A stretch of 64,000 bases of DNA from an uncultured delta proteobacterium. GTDB lineage: Bacteria > Myxococcota > Myxococcia > Myxococcales > Myxococcaceae. Position numbers and translations under genes: made by a program. Each line of letters begins with the position of its first letter. The stretch's first letter is position 1. Under the pieces are notes generated by a model. That model searched no databases and was not told where the DNA came from. It saw nothing but the letters and a program-made list of their open reading frames with translations. Location: NCBI GenBank assembly GCA_963771175.1, contig CAVYSY010000033.1:352001-416000 (forward strand), in the 5' to 3' direction. Below are positions 47,944 to 59,900 of the stretch, one piece after another.

Positions 47944-48921
47944 ATGATGCTGCTCGCCGGAGATGTGGGCGGAACGAAGACCGCGCTCGCCCTGGTGCAA
48001 GGCGGAACCATCGTCGAGCGGCAGGTCTATCCGAGCGCCGCCTTCACGAGCCTCGAAGCGCTGGTGGGCGAGTTCCTGGGCCAACGGGGCAAGGAGATCT
48101 CGCGGGCGTGCTTTGGCATCGCCGGCCCGGTGATCGAGGACAGCTGCCGGACCACCAACCTGCGCTGGGTCGTCGAGGCGAGGAGCCTCGAGCACGCCCT
48201 CGGGGTGCCGCGCGTCACCCTGGTCAACGACTTCCATGCCATGGCCATTGGGATCACCGTGCTGCCCGCGTCCGACTTCGCCGTCCTGAACGACTCGCCG
48301 TCGGATCCCAAGGGTCCGTGGGCGTTGATCGGCGCTGGGACCGGGCTCGGAGAGGCGGTGGTGGTCCGCATCGGGGACGGCTACGAGGTGGTCGCCTCCG
48401 AGGGCGGCCACGCGGACTTCGCGCCGCGCAACGAGCTGGAGATCGACCTGTTGAGGTTCCTGCTGAAGAGGCACAAGCGCGTCTCCTACGAGCGGATCGT
48501 CTCCGGGCGCGGGCTGGTGGCGCTCTACGAGTTCGTGCGTGGCCGCTCGCCCGAGCTGGAGTCCGCCGTGGTGAGCGAGGAGATTGCCGACTCGTCCGGC
48601 GACGCCGCTCCGATCATCTCGCGCCACGGGCTCGCCGGCGACGACCCGCTCTGCGCTCAGGCGCTGTCGCTGTTCGTCTCCATCTACGGCGCGGAAGCGG
48701 GGAATCTCGCGCTCAAGGTCGTGGCGCGCGGCGGGGTCTTCATCGGGGGAGGAATCGCCCCGAAGATCCTGCCCAAGCTGCTCGACGGGACCTTCCGCGC
48801 CTCCTTCGTCGCCAAGGGCCGGCTCAGCCCCCTGCTCGAGGCGACGCCGGTGAAGGTCGTGCTCAACAGCGACGCCGGACTGCTCGGCGCCGCGGCGCTG
48901 GCAGCCCGCCTCTCCCTCTAG
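47944..48921 (+). CDS. glk: Glucokinase
   Basis: GDVGGT, LVNDF, GAGTGLG, SEGGH, SYERIVSG; intact ORF. Confidence 0.93.
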   Translation: MMLLAGDVGGTKTALALVQGGTIVERQVYPSAAFTSLEALVGEFLGQRGKEISRACFGIAGPVIEDSCRTTNLRWVVEARSLEHALGVPRVTLVNDFHAMAIGITVLPASDFAVLNDSPSDPKGPWALIGAGTGLGEAVVVRIGDGYEVVASEGGHADFAPRNELEIDLLRFLLKRHKRVSYERIVSGRGLVALYEFVRGRSPELESAVVSEEIADSSGDAAPIISRHGLAGDDPLCAQALSLFVSIYGAEAGNLALKVVARGGVFIGGGIAPKILPKLLDGTFRASFVAKGRLSPLLEATPVKVVLNSDAGLLGAAALAARLSL

Positions 48922-48960
48922 CCTGCCAGTAAGCGCCTTTCCTTGGCCGAGGTGAGGACA

Positions 48961-49008
48961 ATGGCCAACATGAACGATGGCTGACATGAACAATGGCTGA
49001 CATGAAGG
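48961..49008 (+). repeat. 16-bp direct repeat, 3 copies (ATGGCTGACATGAA core), just upstream of pfk
   Basis: atggccaacatgaacg / atggctgacatgaaca / atggctgacatgaagg. Confidence 0.8.
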
Positions 49009-49020
49009 GGAGGCGCGGAC

Positions 49021-50120
49021 ATGCTCGACCCCAAGAAGATCAAGCGAATCGCCATCAACACCGGCGGCGGCGACGCGCCGGGCCTCAACGCCGTCATCCG
49101 CGCGGCCACCCTGGCGGCCATCGAGCGCGGCTGGGAGGTCTACGGCATCCGCCACGGCTACCGCGGCCTCATCGACACCAAGCGAGCTCGTCCCGCTGAC
49201 CCGCGAGTCCGTGCGCGGCATCACGCACCTGGGCGGCACCATCCTGGGCACCGCCAACAAGGGCAACCCCTTCGAGTACCCGATCCAGACGCCGGAGGGC
49301 GTCCAGCTCACCGACATCTCCGACCAGGTGGTCGAGAACTTCCGCGCCAAGCAGCTCGACGCCCTCATCTGCATCGGCGGCGACGGCTCGCTGCGCCTCG
49401 CGCAGAAGTTCATCGCAGAAGGGCATCCCCATCGTCGGCGTGCCGAAGACCATCGACAACGACCTCTCGGGCACGGTGGCGACGTTCGGCTTCGACACCG
49501 CGGTGAGCACCGCGACCGACGCCATCGACAAGCTGCACTCCACCGCCGAGGCGCACGAGCGGGTGATGGTCGTCGAGGTGATGGGCCGCTACGCGGGCTG
49601 GATCGCGCTCGAGCGCGGGCGTCGCCGGGACCGCGGACGTCATCCTCATCCCGGAGATCCCCTTCGACCTCGAGAAGGTCTGCGAGAAGGTCATGCAGCG
49701 CGAGCGCGCCGGCCGCCACTTCTCCATCGTGGTGGTCGCCGAGGGCGCCAAGCCCAAGGGCGGCGAGATGATGATCCGCGGCCCAAGGAGGCCGGCCGCG
49801 AGGTCCTGCTCGGCGGCATCGGCCAGTACGTCGCCGACGAGATCGCGCGCAGGACCGGCAAGGAGACGCGCAACCTGGTGCTCGGGCACCTGCAGCGCGG
49901 CGGCGGCCCCACGACCTTCGATCGCCTGCTCGGCCTGCGCTTCGGCGCCGCGGCGGTGCGCACCCTCGCGGAGGGGAAGGTCAACGTGATGGTCGCGCTC
50001 GACCCTCCGACGGTGAAGACCATCCCGCTCACCGCGGCCATCGAGCGGATGAAGTCCGTGCCGCTCGACAGCGACACCGTGCTCACCGCGCGCGCGTTGG
50101 GAATCTGTCTGGGCGACTGA
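49021..50120 (+). CDS. pfkA: 6-phosphofructokinase with apparent frameshifts
   Basis: [48 protein letters not shown]. Confidence 0.92.
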
Positions 50121-50346
50121 ACCCCAGGGAGGGCGTCCCACCAAGCGCGGAATCGTAGAGGCCGTTGCGCTCCTACTATTGGTTACGCGGGGTGTGGCGG
50201 GTGGTGGACACAACCTCGGGCCAAAGGGTGCCGGAGCTTGCACGTACGATCAGCCACGCGCATTGCTCCCTGCGGGGGAGACGCGGACCAACCCGGGCGT
50301 GCTCGCTGACACGCCCACCCTTCTCCGACCACAGGGGGATTCCGGT

Positions 50347-51936
50347 ATGCGCGGTCATGACGGTGCCAGGCAGGCGAAGTCCAGGGAGGGTTCCTCCCTC
50401 TTCCGCGCGGCGCCAGTGCTCTCTGTATTGGCGCTCGGCGGGTGTCCGCGGTGGGTCCCGATTTCAAGAGGCCCGAAGCCACCGTCACCGAGAGCTGGAG
50501 CGCCCAAGGCGATCCGCGGATCGCCACTCAGGCGGCCATCGACAGTCAGTGGTGGAAGGCGTTCAACGATCCGGCACTCGATCGCCTGGTCGAGCTCGCC
50601 TACCAGCAGAACCTGCCGTTGCAGGTCGCCGGCCTGAGAATCGTGGAGGCGCGCGCCCAGTTGGGGGTCGCCACCGGCAGGCAGTATCCCGCAGGTGCAG
50701 GCGGTCTTCGGCAGCGTGACGCGCGGTGGGGCTCAGCAAGAACGCCGCCAACGCTGGCCGGCTTCGACAGCCACTTCGTCGATTATCAGGTGGGGTTCGA
50801 TGCGGTCTGGGAGCTGGATTTCTGGGGCAAGTACCGGCGGGGCGTGGAGGCGGAAGCCGCCAACCTGCTCGCGTCGGTCGCCGACTACTACTCCGCCCTC
50901 GTCTCGCTCACCGCGGAGGTCGCGCGAACCTATGCCGTGATCCGGACCTTCGAGGTGCTCATCGAGCAAGCCCGGGAGAACGACAGAGATTCAGGAGGAG
51001 GGGCTGCAGATCGCCGAGTCTCGTTTCCGCAACGGCGCCACCTCGGAGCTCGACGTGGCCCAGGCCACGACTCTCCTGGAGAGCACCCGGGCGTCCATCC
51101 CCCAGCTGCAAGTCGGGCTGCAGCAGGCTCGCAACGCCTTGAGCACGCTGCTCGGGCAACCGCCGGGCATGCTCGACGAGCTGCTCGCGGGACCCAAGGA
51201 GATTCCGCAGGCGCCGGCAACGTGTCGCCGTCGGCGTGCCCGCGGAGATGCTGCGGCGGCGTCCCGACATCCGCGCGCCGAGCTCTCCGCCGCCGCGCAG
51301 TGCGCCCGCATCGGCGTCGCCAAGGCGGAGCTCTATCCGACGTTCTCACTGTTCGGCACGATCGGGCTTCAGGCCACCAGCGGCGCGCGGCGCTGCCTTC
51401 AGTCTGGAGCGACAGCTTCTTCTATCCGTGGGCCCTCGGATTCGCTGGCCCTTCTTCAACTACGGCCGCATCAAGAACAGCGTGCGCGTCGAGGACGCGC
51501 GCTTTCAGCAGTTGCTCGTCGGCTACCGCAACACCGTGCTCAAGGCGGCCCAGGAGGTGGAGGACGCGCTGGCCGGCTTCCTCAACGCCCAGGAGGCCGT
51601 GGTCTTCGAGGAACGCTCCGTGAAAGCCGCCCAGAGGTCGGTGGAGATCGCCCTCGTGCAATACCGGGAAGGCGCCGTGGACTACCAGCGCGTGCTCGAC
51701 GCGCAGCGCTCGCTCTTGCAGCAGCAGAACAGCCTGGCGCAGACGCGCTCATCGGTCGCCACCAACTTGATCGCCCTCTACAAGGCGCTGGGCGGAGGGT
51801 GGGAGTCGCGCCAGGGCCAGCCCGTCGTGCCGGAACCCACGCAAGACGAGATGAAGAAGCGGACCAACTGGGGCGACATGCTCTCGGAGCCAAGCGCGGC
51901 AGAAACCAAGAAGTCCCCGAGCCCGCGAAGCACTAG
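50347..51936 (+). CDS. Efflux outer-membrane factor (NodT/TolC-family lipoprotein) with several apparent frameshifts
   Basis: LGGC lipobox then VGPDF, WWKAFNDPAL, WELDFWG, LRRRPDI, LYKALGGGW. Confidence 0.85.
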
Positions 51937-51946
51937 GGAGTCTACC

Positions 51947-52972
51947 ATGTCCAAGATGATCTCGAAGAAGGCTCTCAAGTGGCTCCTGGTGGTGCTCGGC
52001 GTCGCGGTGGTCGCGCTCATCGGCTTCCGGTACTGGAAGGCGAGGCAGACCGCGCTGCCCGAGGGGATCGCCTCGGGCAACGGCCGGCTCGAGGCGAAGC
52101 TCGTCGACGTGGCCGCCAAGGAACCGCTGCGGGTCAAGGAAGTCCTCGTCGACGAAGGCGCTCTCGTCAAGCCGGGTCAGGTGCTGGTGCGGCTGGACAC
52201 CGTCACCCTCGAGGCGGAGCTGGCCGAGGCCAACGAGGGCATCGCGGCCGCCGAGGAACGCCTGGCGTTCTCCAAGGCCTCCATCGTCAAGCAGAAGAGC
52301 GAGATCGAGCTCGCCGAGATCGAGCTCGAACGCTCCCGGAGACTGGTCAAGGAAGGCGCCGGCTCGCAGCGGGAATTCGACGTCCGCAAGACGCAGCTGG
52401 AGACGACCAAGGCCACCCTCGCGGAAGCGGAAGCGATGCTGCAGACCGCCAAGCAGCAGGTCGAGGTCGCGCGGGCAAACGCGGCGACGATCCAGACGCG
52501 CATCGACGACGCGACGCTCAAGTCCCCCGTTCATCGGAAGAGTCCTCTATCGCCTGGCCGAAGCTCGGCGAGGTCCTCGCTGCCGGCGGAAAGGCGCTGA
52601 CGCTGGTGAACCTGGAGGACGTCTACATGGAGATCTTCCTCCCTTCGGAACAGGCCGCCAGCGTGAAGATCGGCGCCGAAGGGCGGATCACGCTCGACTA
52701 CGCTCCCGACCGCGCCGTCCCCGGATACGTCAGCTTCGTGTCCCCGGAGGCGCAGTTCACGCCCAAGCAGGTCGAGACGCGCAGCGAGCGGGAGAAGCTG
52801 ATGTTCCGCGTCAAGATCCAGGTGCCCAAGGAGCTGGCCAGCCAATACGTCGAGCGCATCAAGACGGGCGTTCGAGGCGTCGGCTACGTCAAGATCGACC
52901 CCTCCGCCAGTCTGGCCGGACTGGCTGCAGAACCTCGTCGCAGCCCGGCTCGTGAGCTCGAAGCCCAGTTGA
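51947..52972 (+). CDS. HlyD-family membrane fusion protein (YhiI-like) with apparent frameshifts
   Basis: ASGNGRLEA, AQFTPKQVET..EREKLMFRVK. Confidence 0.85.
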
Positions 52973-52992
52973 GTGACCTTGGAGACTCATCC

Positions 52993-55784
52993 ATGGTCTC
53001 ATCCGCGTCTTCCGCCGGACAAGGCGGCAAGCCGGTCGTTTCCATCAAAGACGTGACCCACCGCTATGGCAAGGTCGTGGCGCTCGACGGCATCTCCCTC
53101 GACATCCCCAGCGGCATCATGGTCGGCATCGTGGGCCCCGACGGCGTCGGCAAGTCGACGCTCATGGCGCTGATCGCCGGCTCCAAGAAGATGCAGCAGG
53201 GGACGGTGACCGTCCTCGACGGGGACATCGCGCGACGTCCGGCATCGGCGCGCCGTGGGCCCGCGGATCGCGTACATGCCTCAGGGCCTGGGCAAGAATC
53301 TCTATCTGGAGCTCAGCGTCCGCGACAACGTCGACTTCATGGCGCGACTGTTCGGGCTGTCGGCCGCGGAGCGTGAGAGCCGCGATCAAGGAGCTGCTCG
53401 ACGCCACCGGGCTCGGCCCGTTTCCCGATCGCCCGGCCGGCAAGCTCTCGGGCGGAATGAAGCAGAAGGTGGGGCTCTGCGGCGCGCTGGTCCACGAGCC
53501 GGACCTGCTCATTCTCGACGAGCCCACCACCGGCGTCGATCCGCTCTCCCGGCGGCAGTTCTGGACGCTCATCGACGAGATTCGCGCGGGACGCCCCGGC
53601 ATGAGCGTCGTCATTTCCACCGCCTACATGGACGAGGCGCAGAAGTGGGACTGGATCGTGGCCATGGACGCCGGGCGCGTGCTGGCGACGGGAACGCCGG
53701 CCGAGCTGATGGAGCGGACGGGCACGAAGGATCTGGAGCAATGCTTCATCGCCCTGCTGCCGGAAGAGAAGCGCACGGGGCACACCGAGCTGGTGATCCC
53801 GCCCCGGGCTTCCAGGCACGTCGGAGATCGCCATCGAAGCCCACGGCCTGACGCGCCGCTTCGGCAGCTTCACCGCCGTCGACCACGTCACGCTGTCGAT
53901 CGAGCGCGGCGAGATCTTCGGCTTCCTCGGCTCCAACGGCTGCGGCAAGTCCACGACCATGAAGATGCTGACCGGGCTCCTGCCGCCCACCGAGGGGACC
54001 GCGACGCTCTTCGGCAGCTCGGTCGAAGCCGGCAGCATGGAGGTGCGCAAGAACCTCGGATACATGACGCAGGCGTTCTCGCTCTACGGCGAGCTGAGCG
54101 TCCGCCAGAACCTGGCCCTGCACGCGCGCCTGTATCACCTCCCGCCCGAGAAGGCGGAAGCCGCGCATCGAGGAGCTGGTCGAGAGATTCGGGCTGGGCG
54201 CGCACCTCGATGCGTTGGCCGAGGATCTGCCGATGGGCTTGCGCCAGCGGCTTTCGCTGGCCGTCGCCGTTCTGCACGAGCCGCAGATCCTGATCCTGGA
54301 CGAGCCGACGTCGGGCGTCGATCCGGTCGCCCGGGACAGCTTCTGGGAGCTGTTGATCGATCTCTCGCGCAAGCAGGGCGTCACGATCTTCGTGACGACG
54401 CACTTCATGAACGAAGGGATGCGCTGCGACCGCATCTCCCTCATGAACGCGGGAAAGGTGCTGGCCTGTGACGCGCCACAGAAGCTGATCGAAGCGCGCG
54501 GCGCCGCCAGCCTGGAGGACGCCTTCATCGCCTACATGGAAGACGCGATCGCCGACGCCGCGTCACGTCGCGGAGCTGCCCGCCCCACAAGCAGCGGCGG
54601 AGAAGGCGGGTCCCGCGCCATCGCCGCCGCCGCCGCAGCAGTCCGGCCTCCGGCTGCGCCTCGGCCGGATGCTCGCCTACACCCACAACGAGACGATGCA
54701 GATCCTCCGCGATCCGATTCGATTGACCTTCGCTTTCGTCGGGTCGGCGCTGCTGATGCTGGTCTTCGGCTTTGGGATCACCACCGACGTCGAGCACATT
54801 CGCTATGCGTCGCTCGATCTCGATCAGTCGCCCGAGAGCCGGATGTATCTCGAGCAATTCGCGGGCGCAGGCCGGTACTTCTCCGCGACTCCGCCGGCCC
54901 GCTCGGCCGACGAAGCCTTCAAGCGCCTGCAATCGGACGACGTCTCGGTGGTCCTCGAGATCCCGCCCAGCTTCGGCAGAGACTTCCGCCGCGGCTCCGG
55001 CCCGGAGGTCCTGGCGCAGGTGGACGGCGCCATGACGTTCCGCGGCGATACCGTCGAGCAGTACGTCCAGGGAGTGCACAACACCATGCTGCGCGATCCC
55101 GCGAGCGGACTGCAGACGGCCACTCCCCAGAAAGGACAGGCCGACATCGAAGAGCGGTACATGTACAACCCGACCTTCGAGAGCATCTACTCGATCGTGC
55201 CGAGCGTCCCGGCGCTGCTGCTGCTCCTGATACCGGCGATTCTCATGACGGTCAGCATCGTGCGCGAGAAGGAGCTGGGCTCGATGATCAACTTCTATGT
55301 CACGCCGACCGGGAGGCTCGAGTACCTGCTGGGGAAGCAGCTCCCCTACATCGCGATCGGCATGATCAACTTCTTCATCCTGACCGCTCCTGGCGCTGAT
55401 CGTGTTTCGGCGTCCCGATCAAGGGCAGCTTCTTGATGTTGACGCTCTGCACGCTGCTGTACGTCACGGCGACGACGGGCATCGGGATGGTCACCTCGAC
55501 CTTCACCAGCAGCCAGGTCGCGGCCGTCTTCGTCACGGCGATTCTCACCATCGTGCCGACGATCCAGTTCTCCGGGCTGCTCCAGCCGGTCTCGACGCTC
55601 CAGGGAAGCGCCGGGTTCATCGGTTCGATCTGGCCGGCCTCCTACTACATGCACTCCAGCGTGGGCGCCTACACCAAGGGGCTCGGCGCCCGCCTCATGA
55701 TGCCGGACATCGTCTTTCTGGCCTGTTGCATCCCGATCCTCTGGGCCGTCAGCGTCGCTGGGCTTGAGAAAGCAGGAGAAGTAG
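52993..55784 (+). CDS. rbbA: RbbA-like ABC protein (two ATPase domains plus permease) with several apparent frameshifts
   Basis: [51 protein letters not shown]. Confidence 0.85.
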
Positions 55785-55786
55785 CC

Positions 55787-56913
55787 GTGAAGACGCTGCT
55801 GAACATCTTCTGGCTTGGGCTCAAGGAGATTCGCAGCCTGATGAGCGACCTGGTGATGGTCGTGTTCGTCGATCTATGCGTTCACCTTCGCGATCTACGT
55901 CCAGGCGACGGGGACCTCGAGCGAGGTCAACAACGCATCGATCGCCTTCGTGGACGAGGACGGGTCGGCCTTGTCCAAGGAGCTGTTCAACGCTTTCTAT
56001 CCGCCGCGTTTCAAGCTGCCGGAGACGATCTCCGCCGCCGAGGTCCAGGGGCTGATGGACAGAGGCCAGTTCATGTTCGTCGTCGTGATTCCGCCCCGCT
56101 TCGAGCACGACCTTCGCGCGGGTCGCAATCCGGCCATCCAGGTGAACATCGACGCGACCGCCATGCAGCAGGCCGGCATCGGCGCCGGCTACATCAAGAA
56201 CATCATCAACGACCGCGTCGCGTCCTTTCTCAAGCGCACGGAAGTGACGCCGCACGAAGCCCATCAACCTGGTCGTTCGCAAGCTGTTCAACCCGAACGG
56301 AGTCTCCTCCTGGTTCAAGAGCGTGGTGGCCATCATCAATCAGATCACGCTGCTGACGGTCGTCCTGACGGGCGCCGCGGTGATCCGCGAACGCGAGCAC
56401 GGAACGCTCGAGCACCTGCTCGTGATGCCGCTGAGCGCGTTCGAGATCGCGATGGCGAAGGTGTGGGCCAACAGCCTCGTGATTCTCGTCGCGACCGGGG
56501 CTTCACTCCTCCTGGTCGTGCGGATGGCGCTGAAGGTGCCGTTCGCCGGTTCGGTCGTCCTGTGGTTCATCGGCGTCGTGCTCTATCTGTTCTTCGCGAC
56601 GGCGCTCGGAATCTTCCTGGGGACGATTTCACGGTCGATGGCGCAGTTCGCGCTCTTGATCATTCTGGTGATCCTCGTGCTGATGCTTCTTTCGGGCGGG
56701 AGCACACCCGTCGAGAGCCAGCCGAAATGGCTGCAGTACCTCACGTACCTCCTGCCCGCGCGGCATTTCGTCAGCTTCTCGCAGGTGATCATCTATCGCG
56801 GCGGCGGCCTGAGCGCGGTCTGGAGCCAGTTCCTGATGGTGAGTGCGATCGGTCTTGGGTTCTTCGTGTACAGCCTGGCGCTCTTCCGGAAATCGATCGC
56901 GGTGACCAAGTAG
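55787..56913 (+). CDS. ABC-2 type permease (YhhJ-like) with apparent frameshifts
   Basis: NIFWLGLKEIRSL, IREREHGTLEHLLVMP, LSGGSTPVES. Confidence 0.85.
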
Positions 56914-56961
56914 GTTCCGGTCCGTCTAGTCGACTCCCAAGAGGGCAAAGAGACACGAGGC

Positions 56962-59900
56962 TCATCGCCCCCGCGCCACCTTCCGGGCCGGCTCCTCCGC
57001 GGTGAACAGCGCCTTGAGCACCCGGCCCGTGGCCGTCTTCAGCCGCGACACCTCCCGTGGCGTCCCCTCGGCGACGATGAGCCCACCGGCCTCGCCGCCC
57101 TCGGGCCCCAGTTCCACCACGTGGTCCGCCGAGGCGATGACGCTCGGGTGGTGCTCGATGACCACCAGCGTGTCCCCCCGGTCCACCAGTCGGCGCAGGA
57201 AGGCGATCAGCTTCGACACGTCCCCGAGGTGAAGGCCCGTGGTGGGCTCGTCGAGCACGTACAGCGTGGGCTCGTGGCGCGAGGAGGCAGTGAGCTCCGC
57301 GGCCAGCTTCAGCCGCTGCGCCTCTCCGCCCGACAGCGTGTTGGACCCCTGCCCGAGCTGCAGATACCCCACGCCCAGGTCGGACAGGCAGGACAGCGGC
57401 GCGGCCACCTTGGGCAGTGCGTGGAAGACCTCCTTCGCCTCGTCCGCGGACAGGCGCAGCGCGTCGCCGATGGTCAGCCCGTGGTAGCGCACCTCCAGCG
57501 TGGACGCGTCGAAGCGCGCCCCGCCGCAGGCCTCGCAGGGGGTGATGACATCCGGGAGGAAGGACATCTCGTGCGAGATGGCCCCCTGCCCTTCGCACTC
57601 CGTGCACCGGCCTCCGGACGCGGTGTTGAACGAGAACCGCGCCGGAGCGAAGCCACGCAGCTTGGCCTCGGGCATGGCGGCGAAGGCCCGACGCAGCTCG
57701 TCCCAGAGGCCCAGGAAGGTGGCCGGCACCGAGCGCGGCGTGCGCCCGATGGGCGACTGATCCACGGCCAGCACGCGGCGGATGGCCTCCACGCCCGAGA
57801 GCGACTTGAAGGGCCCCGGCCGCGTCGTCACCAGCCCGAGCGCCTCGCGCAGGGCCGGATACAGCACCTGGCGCACCAGGGTGCTCTTCCCCGAGCCCGA
57901 CACCCCCGACACCACCGTGAGCCGACCCACCGGGATTCGCAGGTCCGCGCCCTTCAGGTTGTTGGCGCGAGCCCCCTTCAGCTCGATCCACTTCTCGGGC
58001 ACACCCCGGTCCACAGCGGCCTGCACCGCGGGCTCCCGGAGCGCACGGGCCGTGGGAGCATCCTCGACCTGCAGCACCTTCTCGGGCGGACCCTCGGCGA
58101 GGATGCGCCCGCCACCACGACCACCGGTGGGCCCCAGTTCGATGAGGTGGTCCGCCGCGCGGATGGTGTCCGTGTCGTGCTCCACCACGAGCACGGTGGA
58201 GCCGGTGTCCACCAGCGCGCGCAGGTTGGACAGCAGCCGGTGGGTGTCGCGCGGGTGCAAGCCGATGGTGGGCTCGTCCAGCACGTACATCGCCCCGGTG
58301 AGGCCCGCGCCGAGCTGCGCGGACAACCGCAGCCGCTGCATCTCGCCACCCGAGAGCGTGGCCGCGTTCCGGTCCAGCGACAGGTAGCCCAGCCCCACGC
58401 GGTCGAGGAACTCCATGCGCCGCAGCAGTTCCTGGCGGGACGGTTCGCCGAGCAGTGCCCGGTCCCCGCGGAACTTCCACCCGCGCACCTGCTCCAGCGC
58501 GGCGGTGACGGACTGCTGCACCACCTCGTGGTAGCGCGAGCCCTCCAACTTCACGGCGCGCGGCACCGGCTCCAGGCGCGAGCCCTCGCAGGTGCCGCAC
58601 GGCTCCGAGCGACCCTCGGCCAGCGCCTCGGCGCCACCCTCCACGCCGGTGCCCTCGCAGTCCACGCAGCGGCCCTGCTTCGTGTTGAAGGAGAACCACC
58701 GCGGGTCCATCTCCGGCACGGAGAAGCCGCAGACGGGACAGGTCCGCTCGCTGGACAGGAGCGTCTCCTTGTTACCGCTGGTGCGCACCTTCACGGCGCC
58801 CTTGCCCCAGGTGAGGGCCTTGTCGAACACCTCGCGCGGCAGCTTCGCCAGCTTGCCCTCGTACATGACGAGGTCGATGTCGTGCTCGCGCGACTTCACG
58901 AGCTGGGGCGGCTGATCGGTGGAGACCGGCTTGCCGTCGACGATGGCGGCCTCGATGCCCGCCCGGGCGGCGGCGGCGAAGACGTCCAGGTAGGTGCCCT
59001 TGCGCGCGCGCACGGCGGGGGCGAGCACGGTGCCCTCCCCCTTCGTCCCGGTGAGCTGCGCGTAGAGGGCCTCGGCCGTGGTGGCGGCGATGGGCTCTCC
59101 GTCACGCGGGCAGTGGGGCTGGCCCAGCTTGGCGAAGAGGAGGCGCAGGTAGTGGGACACCTCGGTGACGGTGGCCACGGTGCTGGTGGCGCCCGCGCGC
59201 GAGGTGCGCTGCTCCAGCGCCACCGAGGGCGGGATGCTGCTGATGCGCTCCACGTCCGGGCGCGGCATGGTGGGGAGGAACTGGCGCGCGTATGGCGTCA
59301 GCGTCTCCAGGAAGCGCCGCTGGCCCTCGGCGAACACCACGTCGAAGACGAGCGAGCTCTTGCCCGAGCCGCTCGGCCCCGTCACCACCGTCATCTTCCC
59401 CAACGGAATCTGGCAGGACACCTCCTGCAGGTTGTGCTCGCGCGCGTGCTCCACCTCGATGGAGTGAGACACCTGCGCGGCGCCCTTCCCGCGCCGCCCC
59501 GGCACCACCACCTCGCCCAGCTCCCCGCGCAGCGCCTTCGCCGTGAGGCCCTCGCCCCGTGCGACGAGCTGCTCCGGAGTCCCCTCGGCCACGAGGCGCC
59601 CGCCATTGCGGCCACCGCCGGGCCCCAGGTCGATGATCCAGTCCGCGCCCCGCATCACCACGAGGTCATGGTCCACCACGATGATGCTCGCGCCCCGGTC
59701 CACCAGCTCGTGCAGCGCGGCGAGCACCTGGCGCACGTCGGCGTCATGCAGGCCGGCGCTCGGCTCGTCGATGAGGAAGAGCGAGCCCTTGGCCTCGCTG
59801 GCCAGGGCGCGCGCCAGCTTGAGGCGCTGGGCCTCGCCGCCGGAGAGGGTGGACAGGGGCTGGCCGAGGGGCAGGTACCCCAGGCCCAGCCGGGCCACGG

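Noticed and set aside
51236..53376. Apparent outer-membrane factor-HlyD and HlyD-ABC fusion ORFs
   Set aside because: Read-through caused by frameshifts near gene ends; each downstream gene has its own RBS and ATG.
44202..56913. Programmed frameshifting or phase variation
   Set aside because: The breaks are numerous, fall in ordinary enzymes and lack slippery heptamers or long homopolymers; sequencing error is the simpler explanation.
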